Of a DNA stretch of 64,000 nt, positions 19,121-28,847 are shown piece by piece. This stretch comes from an uncultured Candidatus Saccharibacteria bacterium. Its GTDB lineage: Bacteria; Patescibacteriota; Minisyncoccia; Phycocordibacterales; UBA9988. The position numbers and the translations under genes are program-made. The stretch's first letter is position 1. The number at the start of each line of letters is the position of its first letter. The DNA is taken from contig CAYNXC010000001.1 in the NCBI GenBank assembly GCA_964401135.1, positions 210,264 to 274,263 of the forward strand, written 5' to 3'. Under the pieces are notes generated by a model. That model had not been told where the DNA came from and ran no database searches. It worked only from the letters and a program-made list of their open reading frames with translations.

Positions 19121-19507
19121 CAGTATCTTTCTCTCGTCGGAAATTATCTCGTATGGCACTACACGCGCGGGTATCACGACCTCGCAGAAAACGCGTACAA
19201 CCTGCTCTATTTCTTATACCACTTTTTTTCAATACGAGAGCTCCTGCGCACTTTTTTCTCTCCATGGAAAAATTTTCATGGAGGGCTCGCGAGTGTGCAA
19301 ACGAGTGCGGAGTATCTCTCACTCATTACTCTAAATAGTGTCCTCCGGATTGTTGGTATCATCCTCCGAAGTATTATTATCGCAACCGGTTGTGCATCCC
19401 TCATCATCGGAGGAGGACTCACTATACTTGCACTCCTCTTATGGGCTATCATCCCTGGCATTATTGTATTTTGTTTCATTACTGGATTCTCTCTCCTATT
19501 TTTGTAG
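19121..19507 (+). CDS. Hypothetical polytopic membrane protein
   Basis: 128 aa with three or four hydrophobic helices. Its stop is one nucleotide before the start of the next gene. Confidence 0.4.
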   Translation, partial: QYLSLVGNYLVWHYTRGYHDLAENAYNLLYFLYHFFSIRELLRTFFSPWKNFHGGLASVQTSAEYLSLITLNSVLRIVGIILRSIIIATGCASLIIGGGLTILALLLWAIIPGIIVFCFITGFSLLFL

Positions 19508-19508
19508 T

Positions 19509-21503
19509 ATGGCATACTCACTTACCGAGCAGATGAGTACAGGGTTACAGAGGGCTTTGCGCGCAGAGCGTATTGTTTCACCTAGAAAAAAACGCTTTCT
19601 TTTACTCGTTGCGGACTGCATCATTATTCTCTTTGTACTCTGTACCATACTCGGGTACAGTGACCCATCTTGGAAAGAGGCGCGTATGCCTCTCATTGGA
19701 GGACTCTTAATGGTAAGTTCTCTCATTCTCTCGTGGTATCTCGTAAAGAGTTACATCCATTCACTCCTTGGGCGAGTAGAAGAACATGAGGGACCCTGCT
19801 CAATTGAAGCGGGACGAATATTGTTTCATCATAAAAAAAATCTACTCCGTGCATGTATCACAAGTCCCGTGGGGCGCAAATTATTTTTACGCGCAGGTAT
19901 CGCTCAAGAAAAAATTTCAAAGCTTACACACGCATTTGTTTCAAAAGAACTTATTGAAGAGCATGAGGGACACATCACACTAAAAGAGATTGCGCGAGTG
20001 CTCATAGAAAAAAGTGAAGAACTCAGACAACTCTTAGAAGAAGTGGGGCTAACACAGAGTGAGTTTATTGGCACAGCAGAGTGGATAGAACGAGAGAGTG
20101 GATGGATAAGAGAAAGAGAGTTGTGGTGGAGGAGGGGAGCCTTAAATCGCATCCCTGGCATTGCGAAGGATTGGGCAAAAGGAGACACGCCCACACTTGA
20201 TCATTACGCACACGACATCGTTGTCCCTCCCACTGTACGCTTCATCACACACAACAGGGAACTGAGAAAAGTGGAGGAGATACTCATGAAAGAAAAAAAT
20301 GCGCATGTCCTCATTGTTGGGGAACATGAGAGAGCATACAGGAGTCTCACTATAGGACTTGCGAGAGAAATTGGGAGCGGACACATCGTGCCACAGCTAG
20401 AGTCATTCCGCGTGGTGATGCTAGAGTCCAATCTTTTGGCTCAGAGCTTCACAGAGGCAGAGGGATTAAAAAAAGTATGTACTATGATACGAGAAGAGTT
20501 ACAACGAGTACATAATATCATCCTCGTGATTGATGCTCCGCATAATAAGATCATATTAGAGTCTCTCCTTACCATAAGACACAGTAAGATACTCGTATGC
20601 GTGCATAAAGAACAGCATCGAGATCTCCCCATAACAGAAGAGGTACGAGCAGGGCTCCACACCATCGTTGTGGAACCTCTCTCTGAAGAAGGAGAGATTG
20701 CGCTTCTTGAAGCACAATTACTTCGTATAAGTACTAGTCGTTACATTGAGATAAACTATCCGGCAATCGTACTCCTCGCACGATACACGAGCGAAGAAAA
20801 TGGTATTGCGAAACTATCAGAGATCATTCCCTGGGCGCGCAAAAAAAACATTTTTCTCATCAACCGCACGGTTTGTGAACAGTTTCTAAAAGAGGCACGA
20901 CTTATGCCGGAAGATGAAAGGGATCATATCCGTGCTCATCGCCTTTCTGATATTACAAAAGAGATGAATGTTTGCGCTCCTGCACAAACACTAGCGATAA
21001 AAGAGATTTCGCAGACGATACAGAAAAAGTATGTGGACTCAAAAAAGAAAGGTGGGCCACTTACAAGACTCCTCTTCTTAGGGCCAGAAGAACAAAAGCT
21101 GGTAGTGGCACAAGCACTCGCGCGAACTCTCTTTGGTGGAGAAGAAGCATTCATACATATCTCTCTCCCACACTATACAGATGTCACAACAATATCCAAT
21201 ACGATGCGAGAATATGTAGCACATCGCCCTGCTGTACTTATCTATGTAGAACAATTTGAGCATGCGAAAGAGGAGTTACGAGAAGCTATACTCAATTTCC
21301 CCGACATAACACAAGAGGCAGTCCTGATTGTATCAAGCCGTGCAGGAGAGCGGCACATAGAGTGGCTCATTGAGACTGGAAAAAATATTGAAGAGGAGGC
21401 GGACGCAATTCTCTCTGGTATCGTCCACGATGGAGTACTCACACAAGAGACATTAGAGAGCTTTGACACCATCGCTCTCTTTAGCCCCACACTCAATAGC
21501 TAG
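19509..21503 (+). CDS. Membrane-anchored Clp (ClpA/B/C)-like protein with degenerate ATPase motifs
   Basis: Two N-terminal TMs. The first domain aligns to Clp NBD1 but has LIVGEHERAYRS in place of GEPGVGKT. The second aligns to NBD2 but has LFLGPEEQKL in place of GPTGVGKT and VEQFEHA in place of DEVEKAH. Confidence 0.6.
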   Translation: MAYSLTEQMSTGLQRALRAERIVSPRKKRFLLLVADCIIILFVLCTILGYSDPSWKEARMPLIGGLLMVSSLILSWYLVKSYIHSLLGRVEEHEGPCSIEAGRILFHHKKNLLRACITSPVGRKLFLRAGIAQEKISKLTHAFVSKELIEEHEGHITLKEIARVLIEKSEELRQLLEEVGLTQSEFIGTAEWIERESGWIRERELWWRRGALNRIPGIAKDWAKGDTPTLDHYAHDIVVPPTVRFITHNRELRKVEEILMKEKNAHVLIVGEHERAYRSLTIGLAREIGSGHIVPQLESFRVVMLESNLLAQSFTEAEGLKKVCTMIREELQRVHNIILVIDAPHNKIILESLLTIRHSKILVCVHKEQHRDLPITEEVRAGLHTIVVEPLSEEGEIALLEAQLLRISTSRYIEINYPAIVLLARYTSEENGIAKLSEIIPWARKKNIFLINRTVCEQFLKEARLMPEDERDHIRAHRLSDITKEMNVCAPAQTLAIKEISQTIQKKYVDSKKKGGPLTRLLFLGPEEQKLVVAQALARTLFGGEEAFIHISLPHYTDVTTISNTMREYVAHRPAVLIYVEQFEHAKEELREAILNFPDITQEAVLIVSSRAGERHIEWLIETGKNIEEEADAILSGIVHDGVLTQETLESFDTIALFSPTLNS

Positions 21504-22465
21504 AAAGGATTCTGTGCGCCGCGGACTTCGAAGTGGAGGTGGGCGCCAGTAGAGCGTCCAGTCATCCCGACAGTACCAATAGCGTCACCTTGCTCAACAA
21601 ACATACCTTGAGAGACAGTAATGCTATCCATATGCGCATAGAGTGTCTGCGTGCTGTTACCATGTTTAATGACCACATAGTTCCCGTAGCCGCCATTCCA
21701 GCCGCTTGAACGGCTCACGATGACTTGACCACTTGCGGCGGCCATGACTGTTGTACCAACAGGAGAGGCAAGATCAATACCATTGTAGCCATGTATGCCT
21801 TGAGAGCGCATAGAACGAGTAAGAGGTTTAATAAAGTAACCACTGACTGATTTCTTTGTAGAATTATCTGCAATAGGAATGGTAGATTGGCCAGAAGAAA
21901 CAGTAATGTCTCCATCGGGGACCATAATAAGCGCCCCTACGATAAGAGGGTGATGTACATCGATTCCGTTAAATTGAGCAATCTCTTCACTGTCGGCTCC
22001 ATAGCGTTTGGCGATACGGCTTACGGTATCTCCTTTTCTGACCGTATGACGGACTCCAGACACTGGCAAGATGACGAGAGTCTGATCAGGAGACACTTTT
22101 GATCCACTGGTAAGGTCATTTGCCCAGAGAATAGTTGAGGGAGAGACTCCGAACATCTCTGCAATTCCGCCAATTGTGTCCCCCTCGCGTACCACATAGA
22201 GACTGATTTGATCGCTTGGAGGAGCCTCCTTTATATCCGCAACAGTACCAAGGGGCCCCGAATCTGCGAGGAGAGCATTCCCCACAATAATCGTATCCCC
22301 ACCACCTCTTGCTGGATGTGGGTTTTGGTTTACTGCTGGTTGAAGGAGGGGTATGGTCTGGGAATTTAAAGATTGTGAGGCCAATGCCTCTTGTCTGCCG
22401 ACATAGACGAGTCGTTCTTTAATGAGTGAGAAAAAATCTACAAAGGTAGTGTTGTGATCCAACAA
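21500..22465 (-). CDS. Peptidoglycan hydrolase: two LysM domains plus M23 (LytM) metallopeptidase
   Basis: Two LysM repeats (YVVREGDTIGGIAEMFGV; HTVRKGDTVSRIAKRYG) and M23 motifs (HGYNGIDLA...GAHLHFEV). The TTG start lacks a signal peptide, and an in-frame upstream extension encodes a hydrophobic anchor. Confidence 0.75.
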   Translation of the reverse strand: MLDHNTTFVDFFSLIKERLVYVGRQEALASQSLNSQTIPLLQPAVNQNPHPARGGGDTIIVGNALLADSGPLGTVADIKEAPPSDQISLYVVREGDTIGGIAEMFGVSPSTILWANDLTSGSKVSPDQTLVILPVSGVRHTVRKGDTVSRIAKRYGADSEEIAQFNGIDVHHPLIVGALIMVPDGDITVSSGQSTIPIADNSTKKSVSGYFIKPLTRSMRSQGIHGYNGIDLASPVGTTVMAAASGQVIVSRSSGWNGGYGNYVVIKHGNSTQTLYAHMDSITVSQGMFVEQGDAIGTVGMTGRSTGAHLHFEVRGAQNPF

Positions 22466-22654
22466 AGAGAAAAGGCAGACGAAGACGACAAACAGAGCCT
22501 GCTTACCGCGGAGTGAGTGTGTTCTTTGATTTCCGTCTCGTACAGGAGTCGGGGAGTTTTTAAAAAGGTATAGTATAAGCCAATATCCGTGCAGCCATTA
22601 CTTCCATACAGGCATCGTACATCCTAACAGAGGGAGGGATATGCTTCAAGTCTC

Positions 22655-25024
22655 TCAACTGCGCAGACGGGTAAGGATGGCGGCTTCAACACTTGTAAGA
22701 TCTCTCCCATATGAGAGGCGGGAAAGTTCTTTTAATTTTTCTGCAACTTCTTGAGATCCTCTCTCGGTAGTGCGCGTTTGGATAGCGAATGCAGGTGAGG
22801 GCTCCCCGTTCACCAAGAGCTTCATAATTGCGTGACGATTTTCTGTACTCATGAGATCAGATGCAGAAAAGGTTGGCTCTACATACTGCTTTAAATACTC
22901 GGCATCTTCAGCCCCCACACGGAAGAGTGCGAGTGACCCCACATTTCCGAAGACTGCCGCCTTGATGGTATCCGAAAGCTGGGCAATAAACTGATGTGCA
23001 AGAGTAAGTGAGAGATGATACTTGCGTGCTTCGGAGAGAATAACCGCAATTGAGTCTGTGGTAAAGTTTTGAAACTCGTCAATGTAGAGATAAAAATCTG
23101 TTCGTGATTGTTCCGACATATCACCTCGAGCAAGCGCGGCCAAAAGAATGCGTCCGGTAATAATCATCCCCAAGAGACCTGCATTAAGATCTCCAATCTT
23201 CCCTTTTGAGAGATTAACGAGTAAAATCTTCTTCGTATCAAGCACTTCCCTAAAGTTAAATGACGATGAAGTTTGCCCAATAATAGGTCGAATGTAATCG
23301 TTTGCAATAAAATTATTAAACTTCGAGGTAATGTAGGGGGTCATATTCGCAAGCCCCTGTTCTCCAGATGTCTTCACTGCCTCTTTTTCCCAAAAATCTA
23401 TGACAACCGGGTTGAGGATGCGAGAGAGCTTACGCTTTCTAAACTCCGGATCGGTAAAGATGCGCGGCACCTCAATCAAAGTGGCGGGTTCATTCTTCAT
23501 ATCCTCCATAAGAAGAAGGAGTGCATTACGCATATACTGCTCAAACATTGGCCCCATTGTCTCCGCCGTAAAAAGACGGTTAAAAATAGACTGGAGTTCG
23601 TTCACAATAAAGGTTCGTTCCTCCGGCTTTTCTGTCTGATGTTCCAACATATTAAGCCCTAGTGGACGCTCGCGATCTCCGGGGTCAAACACGATGACAT
23701 CATTAATACGGCTCTTTGGCACGACGCTCAAGAGGTCGGTAATAAGATCGCCATGCGGGTCTATCACACAGAGGCCGTTCCCAGCCTCAATATCTTGTGC
23801 CGCCATAGTGCGCAGAAGAGAGCTCTTCCCCGTACCTGTCTGGCCAATGAGGTAGAAGTGCCGTAGACGATCAGTGGTGGAGAGGCGCACCGCCTGTGCA
23901 TCGCCACGAAACAGGTTCTCACCAATGGTGACTCCTTCTTGGGAAAGATTTGCGGGGGGAGCCGACTCTCGTGTGCGCAACCAACTTACCCGAGGGATGT
24001 CTAAGGAGTTGGTAGGTAAGTGGAAGATACTAGCCAACTCTTCTGTATTCAAATACATACTCTCGGCATCTCTCCACTCTCTGAATGAGTAACGATACAA
24101 GAGCGACTGTGTGTCGCGAGGAAGCACCGTAACAAAGCCGTTATGTTTTGTGGTAGTGAATTGGGAAAAAGACCCCGCAATAGAAGTAAAGAGGTCATGT
24201 GCCCTATCTTCATTCCCGCCAGAAGTTACAATACGGGCAATCACAGAAAGGAGGGGACTGCCCGCCTTCCGCTCAAGCATAGCAACAGATTCTGTATCAA
24301 CGAGGGATGCGGGTTGAATCTCTACCTTCTTACTCGGTGTTGCGGTAAGCTCTTCATGGAGCTCTTTTAGCCCAAAACTAACTCCTTTCTTTACATCTTC
24401 AAGCTTTACTCCTTTTCTTAGTTGCTCAAGTGCTGATACGAGGCGCTTCTTCGCATTTTGATCAGCGGGGCGGATAAGAAACTGCAGTGAGGCACCGTCC
24501 CCTACACTCTCTAGGTGAGATAAGGTGCTCACGATTGGCGTAAAGGTGTCTAGCGAGGACTCACGATATGTCCGGATGGGGAGGATAAACGACTCTTTGA
24601 GTGAAAGATACCCCGCAACCGCAATACCATGCGGATTGAATACTGAATAGTCGTTCACACGCTCAATGCGTGCCTCAGGGTACAGGCCTCGCACCTGATC
24701 ACTTACATACGCTGCACTCTCACGAGGCACTGATGTATAGAAATAAATTTCCTCTCCAATGTGATGTACCGAGACCTCAAACACAACCGGCCTCCCGATG
24801 GCAGAGAGTGAAGAGAAGAGCTGTTCAGAGAGCGCAATATCTCGGAGTCTTCTCTCTGCATCTCCTCCCGTACCACGAGGCACAGAGATGCGTAAGAGTA
24901 CATACGAGAGGGTAGAGAGGCGCGGACTTCTAAACCACTGAAAGAGGAGTACCAGCATCACCGCGCACGAGAGTGCAGCAATCCCTCCACCAGCTATCCA
25001 CAACAGGCTAGGTAATGAGACCAT
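22655..25024 (-). CDS. VirD4/TraD/TraG-like type IV coupling protein-family ATPase (FtsK/HerA superfamily), membrane-anchored
   Basis: N-terminal TM, Walker A IGQTGTGKSSLL, CVIDPHGDL, Walker B-like YLYIDEFQNF, and LAHQF. A long roughly 380-aa domain precedes the P-loop, which is atypical. Confidence 0.6.
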   Translation of the reverse strand: MVSLPSLLWIAGGGIAALSCAVMLVLLFQWFRSPRLSTLSYVLLRISVPRGTGGDAERRLRDIALSEQLFSSLSAIGRPVVFEVSVHHIGEEIYFYTSVPRESAAYVSDQVRGLYPEARIERVNDYSVFNPHGIAVAGYLSLKESFILPIRTYRESSLDTFTPIVSTLSHLESVGDGASLQFLIRPADQNAKKRLVSALEQLRKGVKLEDVKKGVSFGLKELHEELTATPSKKVEIQPASLVDTESVAMLERKAGSPLLSVIARIVTSGGNEDRAHDLFTSIAGSFSQFTTTKHNGFVTVLPRDTQSLLYRYSFREWRDAESMYLNTEELASIFHLPTNSLDIPRVSWLRTRESAPPANLSQEGVTIGENLFRGDAQAVRLSTTDRLRHFYLIGQTGTGKSSLLRTMAAQDIEAGNGLCVIDPHGDLITDLLSVVPKSRINDVIVFDPGDRERPLGLNMLEHQTEKPEERTFIVNELQSIFNRLFTAETMGPMFEQYMRNALLLLMEDMKNEPATLIEVPRIFTDPEFRKRKLSRILNPVVIDFWEKEAVKTSGEQGLANMTPYITSKFNNFIANDYIRPIIGQTSSSFNFREVLDTKKILLVNLSKGKIGDLNAGLLGMIITGRILLAALARGDMSEQSRTDFYLYIDEFQNFTTDSIAVILSEARKYHLSLTLAHQFIAQLSDTIKAAVFGNVGSLALFRVGAEDAEYLKQYVEPTFSASDLMSTENRHAIMKLLVNGEPSPAFAIQTRTTERGSQEVAEKLKELSRLSYGRDLTSVEAAILTRLRS

Positions 25025-25391
25025 TATGTTTTAACTCGTCATAGAGCTTATCCGTAAGTGCATCATGGAACGCATCCATCAAAAAAGGTCGTTCTTGTTT
25101 AATAAGTGCAATAGTTTTCTTCATACCCAGTTCAGGGATGCGTGTAATGTAGGCATTCAGCTCGGTAAGTGAATCATCATCCATTGCATCAAGGTAATGA
25201 GCGGTTGGGGAGCTCTGTATTATAGGCACCCCTCCTCCACTAAAAATCTCCTCGTGTAATACTTGGCGGACCAAGTCCTTCTCTTTACTCACCCCCTGCT
25301 CTGTTTCTATCGCATTTCTGCGTGATTCAATTGCCTTACTCAACTCAAGCAGTTCAGCAGGTACTGCTTCTGGCGAAAAATGTTCTGGCAT
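25008..25391 (-). CDS. Hypothetical protein
   Basis: Protein-like 128 to 133-aa ORF overlapping the start of the coupling-ATPase gene by about 17 nt. No motif recognised. Confidence 0.35.
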   Translation of the reverse strand: MPEHFSPEAVPAELLELSKAIESRRNAIETEQGVSKEKDLVRQVLHEEIFSGGGVPIIQSSPTAHYLDAMDDDSLTELNAYITRIPELGMKKTIALIKQERPFLMDAFHDALTDKLYDELKHNGLIT

Positions 25392-25448
25392 ACGCAAATT
25401 ATAGCGCACTTCAGAGAGGGCAAAAAGGACGCTATACTAGAGACCGTC

Positions 25449-27359
25449 ATGAAATCATTGGAAGGATTAAATGAACAACAGCGGAAAGCGGCAGAGATGA
25501 CAGAAGGACCGCTTCTCATTGTTGCAGGAGCAGGCGCCGGAAAGACAAAAACACTCACTCACCGCATTATGCGACTCATGGAGAACAGGGTAGCGCCCGA
25601 GTCTATACTTGCCGTTACCTTTACCAATAAAGCGGCAAAAGAGATGAGTGATCGCGTCCGGCTCTTAACCCCAGAAGGAAAAAGCATTCCGTTTATGAGC
25701 ACCTTCCACGCACTCTGCGTGTATATACTCCGTGAGAACGCATCAAAGATTGGATATCCAAGATACTTCCACATTGCAGATAAAGAGGATTCCCTCTCCC
25801 TCGTCAAGCAAGCAATGGATGAGCTTGGTATCTCACAAAAAGAACACGAACCAAGGAAAATTTTGTCCGCGATCTCACGAGAAAAGAACGCTATGGTTTC
25901 CCGTGTTACCTATGACGAGAAAGCACGCGACCCCTTCAGGAGAAGGGTCGCACAAATCTGGCGTCGCTATGCGGATCTGTGTAAAAAGACACATATGCTA
26001 GACTTCGATGATCTCGTGGGGAAGACGGTGGAGCTATTCCGTAGTGACCCTGAGACCTTGGGACAGTATCAAGATCGCTGGCGCTACATACATATCGACG
26101 AATACCAAGACACAAACACTGCCCAGTATGAGTTGGTATCACTCCTTGCGAAAAAATACAAAAATATTGCCGTCGTGGGAGACGCTGACCAATCTATTTA
26201 TGGGTGGCGAGGTGCCGACTTTACCAATATGCTCAACTTTGAGCGCGACTACCCTGGAGCCGCGGTGGTAATACTGGAAGAAAACTATCGTTCAACACAA
26301 ACCATTATCGCAGCCGCAAATGAGGTGATACAAAAAAATCAGGAACGAACAGAAAAATCACTCTTCACTAAAAATAAAGTTGGCGAAAAGATAGGACTAA
26401 TCACCGCGCTCCATGAGACAGGGGAAGCCCGTGAGGTGGCAAAAAAAGTCCGAGAAGCAATCCACTCTGGTGGTGTGCGAGCATCGGATATTGCAGTACT
26501 CTATCGGGCAAACTTTCAATCTCGCGCACTGGAAGAAGCTTTCCTCTCTCTCGGCATACCCTACCGCGTACTGGGAACTCGCTTCTTTGAACGCAAAGAA
26601 GTAAAAGATATGCTCGCATACCTGCGCGCAGCACTAGATACGGAAGATATAGAGAGTGTGAAGCGTATTATCAATACTCCCAGACGAGGCTTGGGGAAGG
26701 CCGCCGTGGCAAAAATTTTTTCTGGGGCACAGAGTGCCTTAACAGGAACTGCGGCACGGGGTGCTCAACAATTTTTTTCTCTCCTTTCGCATATTAAAGA
26801 GAAGGTAGAGCAAGTACCACTCTCTGAAGTAATGAAATATGTACTTATAGAGAGTGGATGGGAAAGAGAACTACGCGAGGGAGGTGATGAGGGAGAGGAA
26901 CGGTTAGAAAACTTGCGAGAATTAGTAACTATCGCGAACGGGTACGACGCACTCCCGAGAGAGGAGGGGATAGAGCGCTTTCTCACCGATGCGGCACTCC
27001 TCTCTGCAGAAGAGGAAGAGGAGGAGAAAGGGAAGGAGGGAGTGCGGATGATGACTGTGCATGCCGCAAAAGGGCTAGAATTTAACTATGTATTTGTGGT
27101 TGGACTTGAGCAAGACCTATTCCCTCACGCACGCATCTCGGGTGATGGGCGTAATGCGGAAGAGGAGCGAAGACTCTTTTATGTTGCAATTACTCGTGCA
27201 CGGGAGAAATTGTATCTCTCGTACGCACAGACAAGAACCATCTACGGCTCACGGAGAATCAATCTCCCCTCCGAATTCCTCCTTGATATCAGCGACGATC
27301 TTATAGACATGGAGGCGATACACCCCATGGATTCCGAGGATGTGATAGAGTGGGATTAA
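25449..27359 (+). CDS. pcrA: ATP-dependent DNA helicase UvrD/PcrA family
   Basis: Helicase motifs I (AGAGAGKT), II (DEYQDTN) and V/VI (MTVHAAKGLEF; VAITRA). Confidence 0.85.
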   Translation: MKSLEGLNEQQRKAAEMTEGPLLIVAGAGAGKTKTLTHRIMRLMENRVAPESILAVTFTNKAAKEMSDRVRLLTPEGKSIPFMSTFHALCVYILRENASKIGYPRYFHIADKEDSLSLVKQAMDELGISQKEHEPRKILSAISREKNAMVSRVTYDEKARDPFRRRVAQIWRRYADLCKKTHMLDFDDLVGKTVELFRSDPETLGQYQDRWRYIHIDEYQDTNTAQYELVSLLAKKYKNIAVVGDADQSIYGWRGADFTNMLNFERDYPGAAVVILEENYRSTQTIIAAANEVIQKNQERTEKSLFTKNKVGEKIGLITALHETGEAREVAKKVREAIHSGGVRASDIAVLYRANFQSRALEEAFLSLGIPYRVLGTRFFERKEVKDMLAYLRAALDTEDIESVKRIINTPRRGLGKAAVAKIFSGAQSALTGTAARGAQQFFSLLSHIKEKVEQVPLSEVMKYVLIESGWERELREGGDEGEERLENLRELVTIANGYDALPREEGIERFLTDAALLSAEEEEEEKGKEGVRMMTVHAAKGLEFNYVFVVGLEQDLFPHARISGDGRNAEEERRLFYVAITRAREKLYLSYAQTRTIYGSRRINLPSEFLLDISDDLIDMEAIHPMDSEDVIEWD

Positions 27360-28126
27360 TGTACGCAAAAAAGAGCCTCGGGCAACACTTTCTTAACTCA
27401 CAGAGTGTCCTTTCGGCAATCCGTGATGCAGGCGATGTCAATGCGGATGATATCGTACTTGAGATCGGACCTGGGAAAGGAGTGCTAACTGAAATACTTC
27501 TCACATCCGTGGCTAAGGTGGTCGCTGTTGAAAAAGATTCCGCACTTGTGATGTACTTGCGTGAGCGCTTCAATGACGCAATATGCGACGGCCGTCTTGA
27601 TCTTATAGAGCAGGACATATTGGATTTTGATCCGGAAACACTCTCATCTTATGGCTTTTCTTATAAGGTTGTTGCGAATATTCCCTACTACATCACAGGA
27701 GCCATCATTAAGAAATTTTTATCAGCAAGACGACAGCCAGAGCGGATGGTGCTCCTCATACAAAAGGATGTTGCCGAGCGGATCCTTGCAAAGGACGGGA
27801 AGGAGAGCATCCTCTCGCTCTCGGTTAAGGCATACGGGGAGCCGTACTATGAGCAGACGGTAAGGAGTGGATCTTTTAGCCCTGCACCGAAGGTAGATTC
27901 GGCAATTATATGCATACAGGACATATCGCGGGCGCATTTTACACAGGTTTCTGAAGAACAATTCTTTACTCTCATAAAAAAGGGTTTCTCGTCTAAGCGG
28001 AAAATGCTCAAGAATAATATTGAAGCAGATGCTGGGCTACTTACCGGATGTGGTGTTGATGAGAAGGCCCGAGCTGAAGACCTCACACTCACACAATGGC
28101 TATGCCTCGCGTCTCATACCTCATAA
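27350..28126 (+). CDS. rsmA: 16S rRNA (adenine1518/1519-N6)-dimethyltransferase
   Basis: LGQHFL...IGPGKGVLTE SAM-binding motif and the KsgA family pattern. Confidence 0.8.
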   Translation: MGLMYAKKSLGQHFLNSQSVLSAIRDAGDVNADDIVLEIGPGKGVLTEILLTSVAKVVAVEKDSALVMYLRERFNDAICDGRLDLIEQDILDFDPETLSSYGFSYKVVANIPYYITGAIIKKFLSARRQPERMVLLIQKDVAERILAKDGKESILSLSVKAYGEPYYEQTVRSGSFSPAPKVDSAIICIQDISRAHFTQVSEEQFFTLIKKGFSSKRKMLKNNIEADAGLLTGCGVDEKARAEDLTLTQWLCLASHTS

Positions 28127-28524
28127 TCGCCGCTTTAGCTCTTGTCATTCTTGAAGTCGGACTTCCTTCTGGAAGCGGAAGTCCGACTTCAGCTCGTGAC
28201 TGGAGTCGAACTTCAGTCATTACTGTAGAAGGAGTAGATTATCGCGTGCGCGTTGTAGATACACCAAGAGAGCGGGCTCAGGGACTCTCGGGTACCACGA
28301 GACTTGCTCCTAATGAGGGGATGCTCTTTGTGTTTGAGGAAGTGGGACTACACGGCTTCTGGATGAAAGATATGAACTACGCTATAGACATTTTATGGCT
28401 CAATGATGAGTTTAAACCTGTAGGAGTCACAGAAAATATTTCTCCTGACAGCTTCCCCACTATCTTCTACCCTCCTATACCTGTCCGATATGCACTAGAG
28501 ATCGCTACGAAGTCCCCACAATAG
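28096..28524 (+). CDS. DUF192-family exported protein
   Basis: GMLFVF....FWMKDM...DILW motif typical of DUF192, with an N-terminal signal peptide. Confidence 0.6.
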   Translation: MAMPRVSYLIIAALALVILEVGLPSGSGSPTSARDWSRTSVITVEGVDYRVRVVDTPRERAQGLSGTTRLAPNEGMLFVFEEVGLHGFWMKDMNYAIDILWLNDEFKPVGVTENISPDSFPTIFYPPIPVRYALEIATKSPQ

Positions 28525-28846
28525 AGATAATCCCTTCATTAGGGATGATTTGGCAATGATGACGGACTCTTATATAGCACGCGTTACCAGTACCTGGGAT
28601 ATAGTTCCCTAAGAGCCAAGTCCCTGGAGAGGATACATTGTGAAATTGATATAGACGGGTACTACCAGGAACATAGTGATATCTCCCTGCACGAGGAGGA
28701 CCTACCATCACTACATGACCTACAGTACAAGTACAATAGATTGGCCGTCCTGTAATCCGGCCGCCAAAGGGGAGTGTGCCAGCCGCAAAAAGAGGAGAAG
28801 GGAGAAGTGTTGCCAAAAAAGCCAGTGTAATAAGTATCTTTTTCAT
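28505..28846 (-). CDS. Small secreted hypothetical protein
   Basis: Signal peptide MKKILITLAFLATLLPSPLFAAG, with Cys- and Gly-rich mature region. Confidence 0.4.
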   Translation of the reverse strand: MKKILITLAFLATLLPSPLFAAGTLPFGGRITGRPIYCTCTVGHVVMVGPPRAGRYHYVPGSTRLYQFHNVSSPGTWLLGNYIPGTGNACYIRVRHHCQIIPNEGIISIVGTS

Positions 28847-28847
28847 A

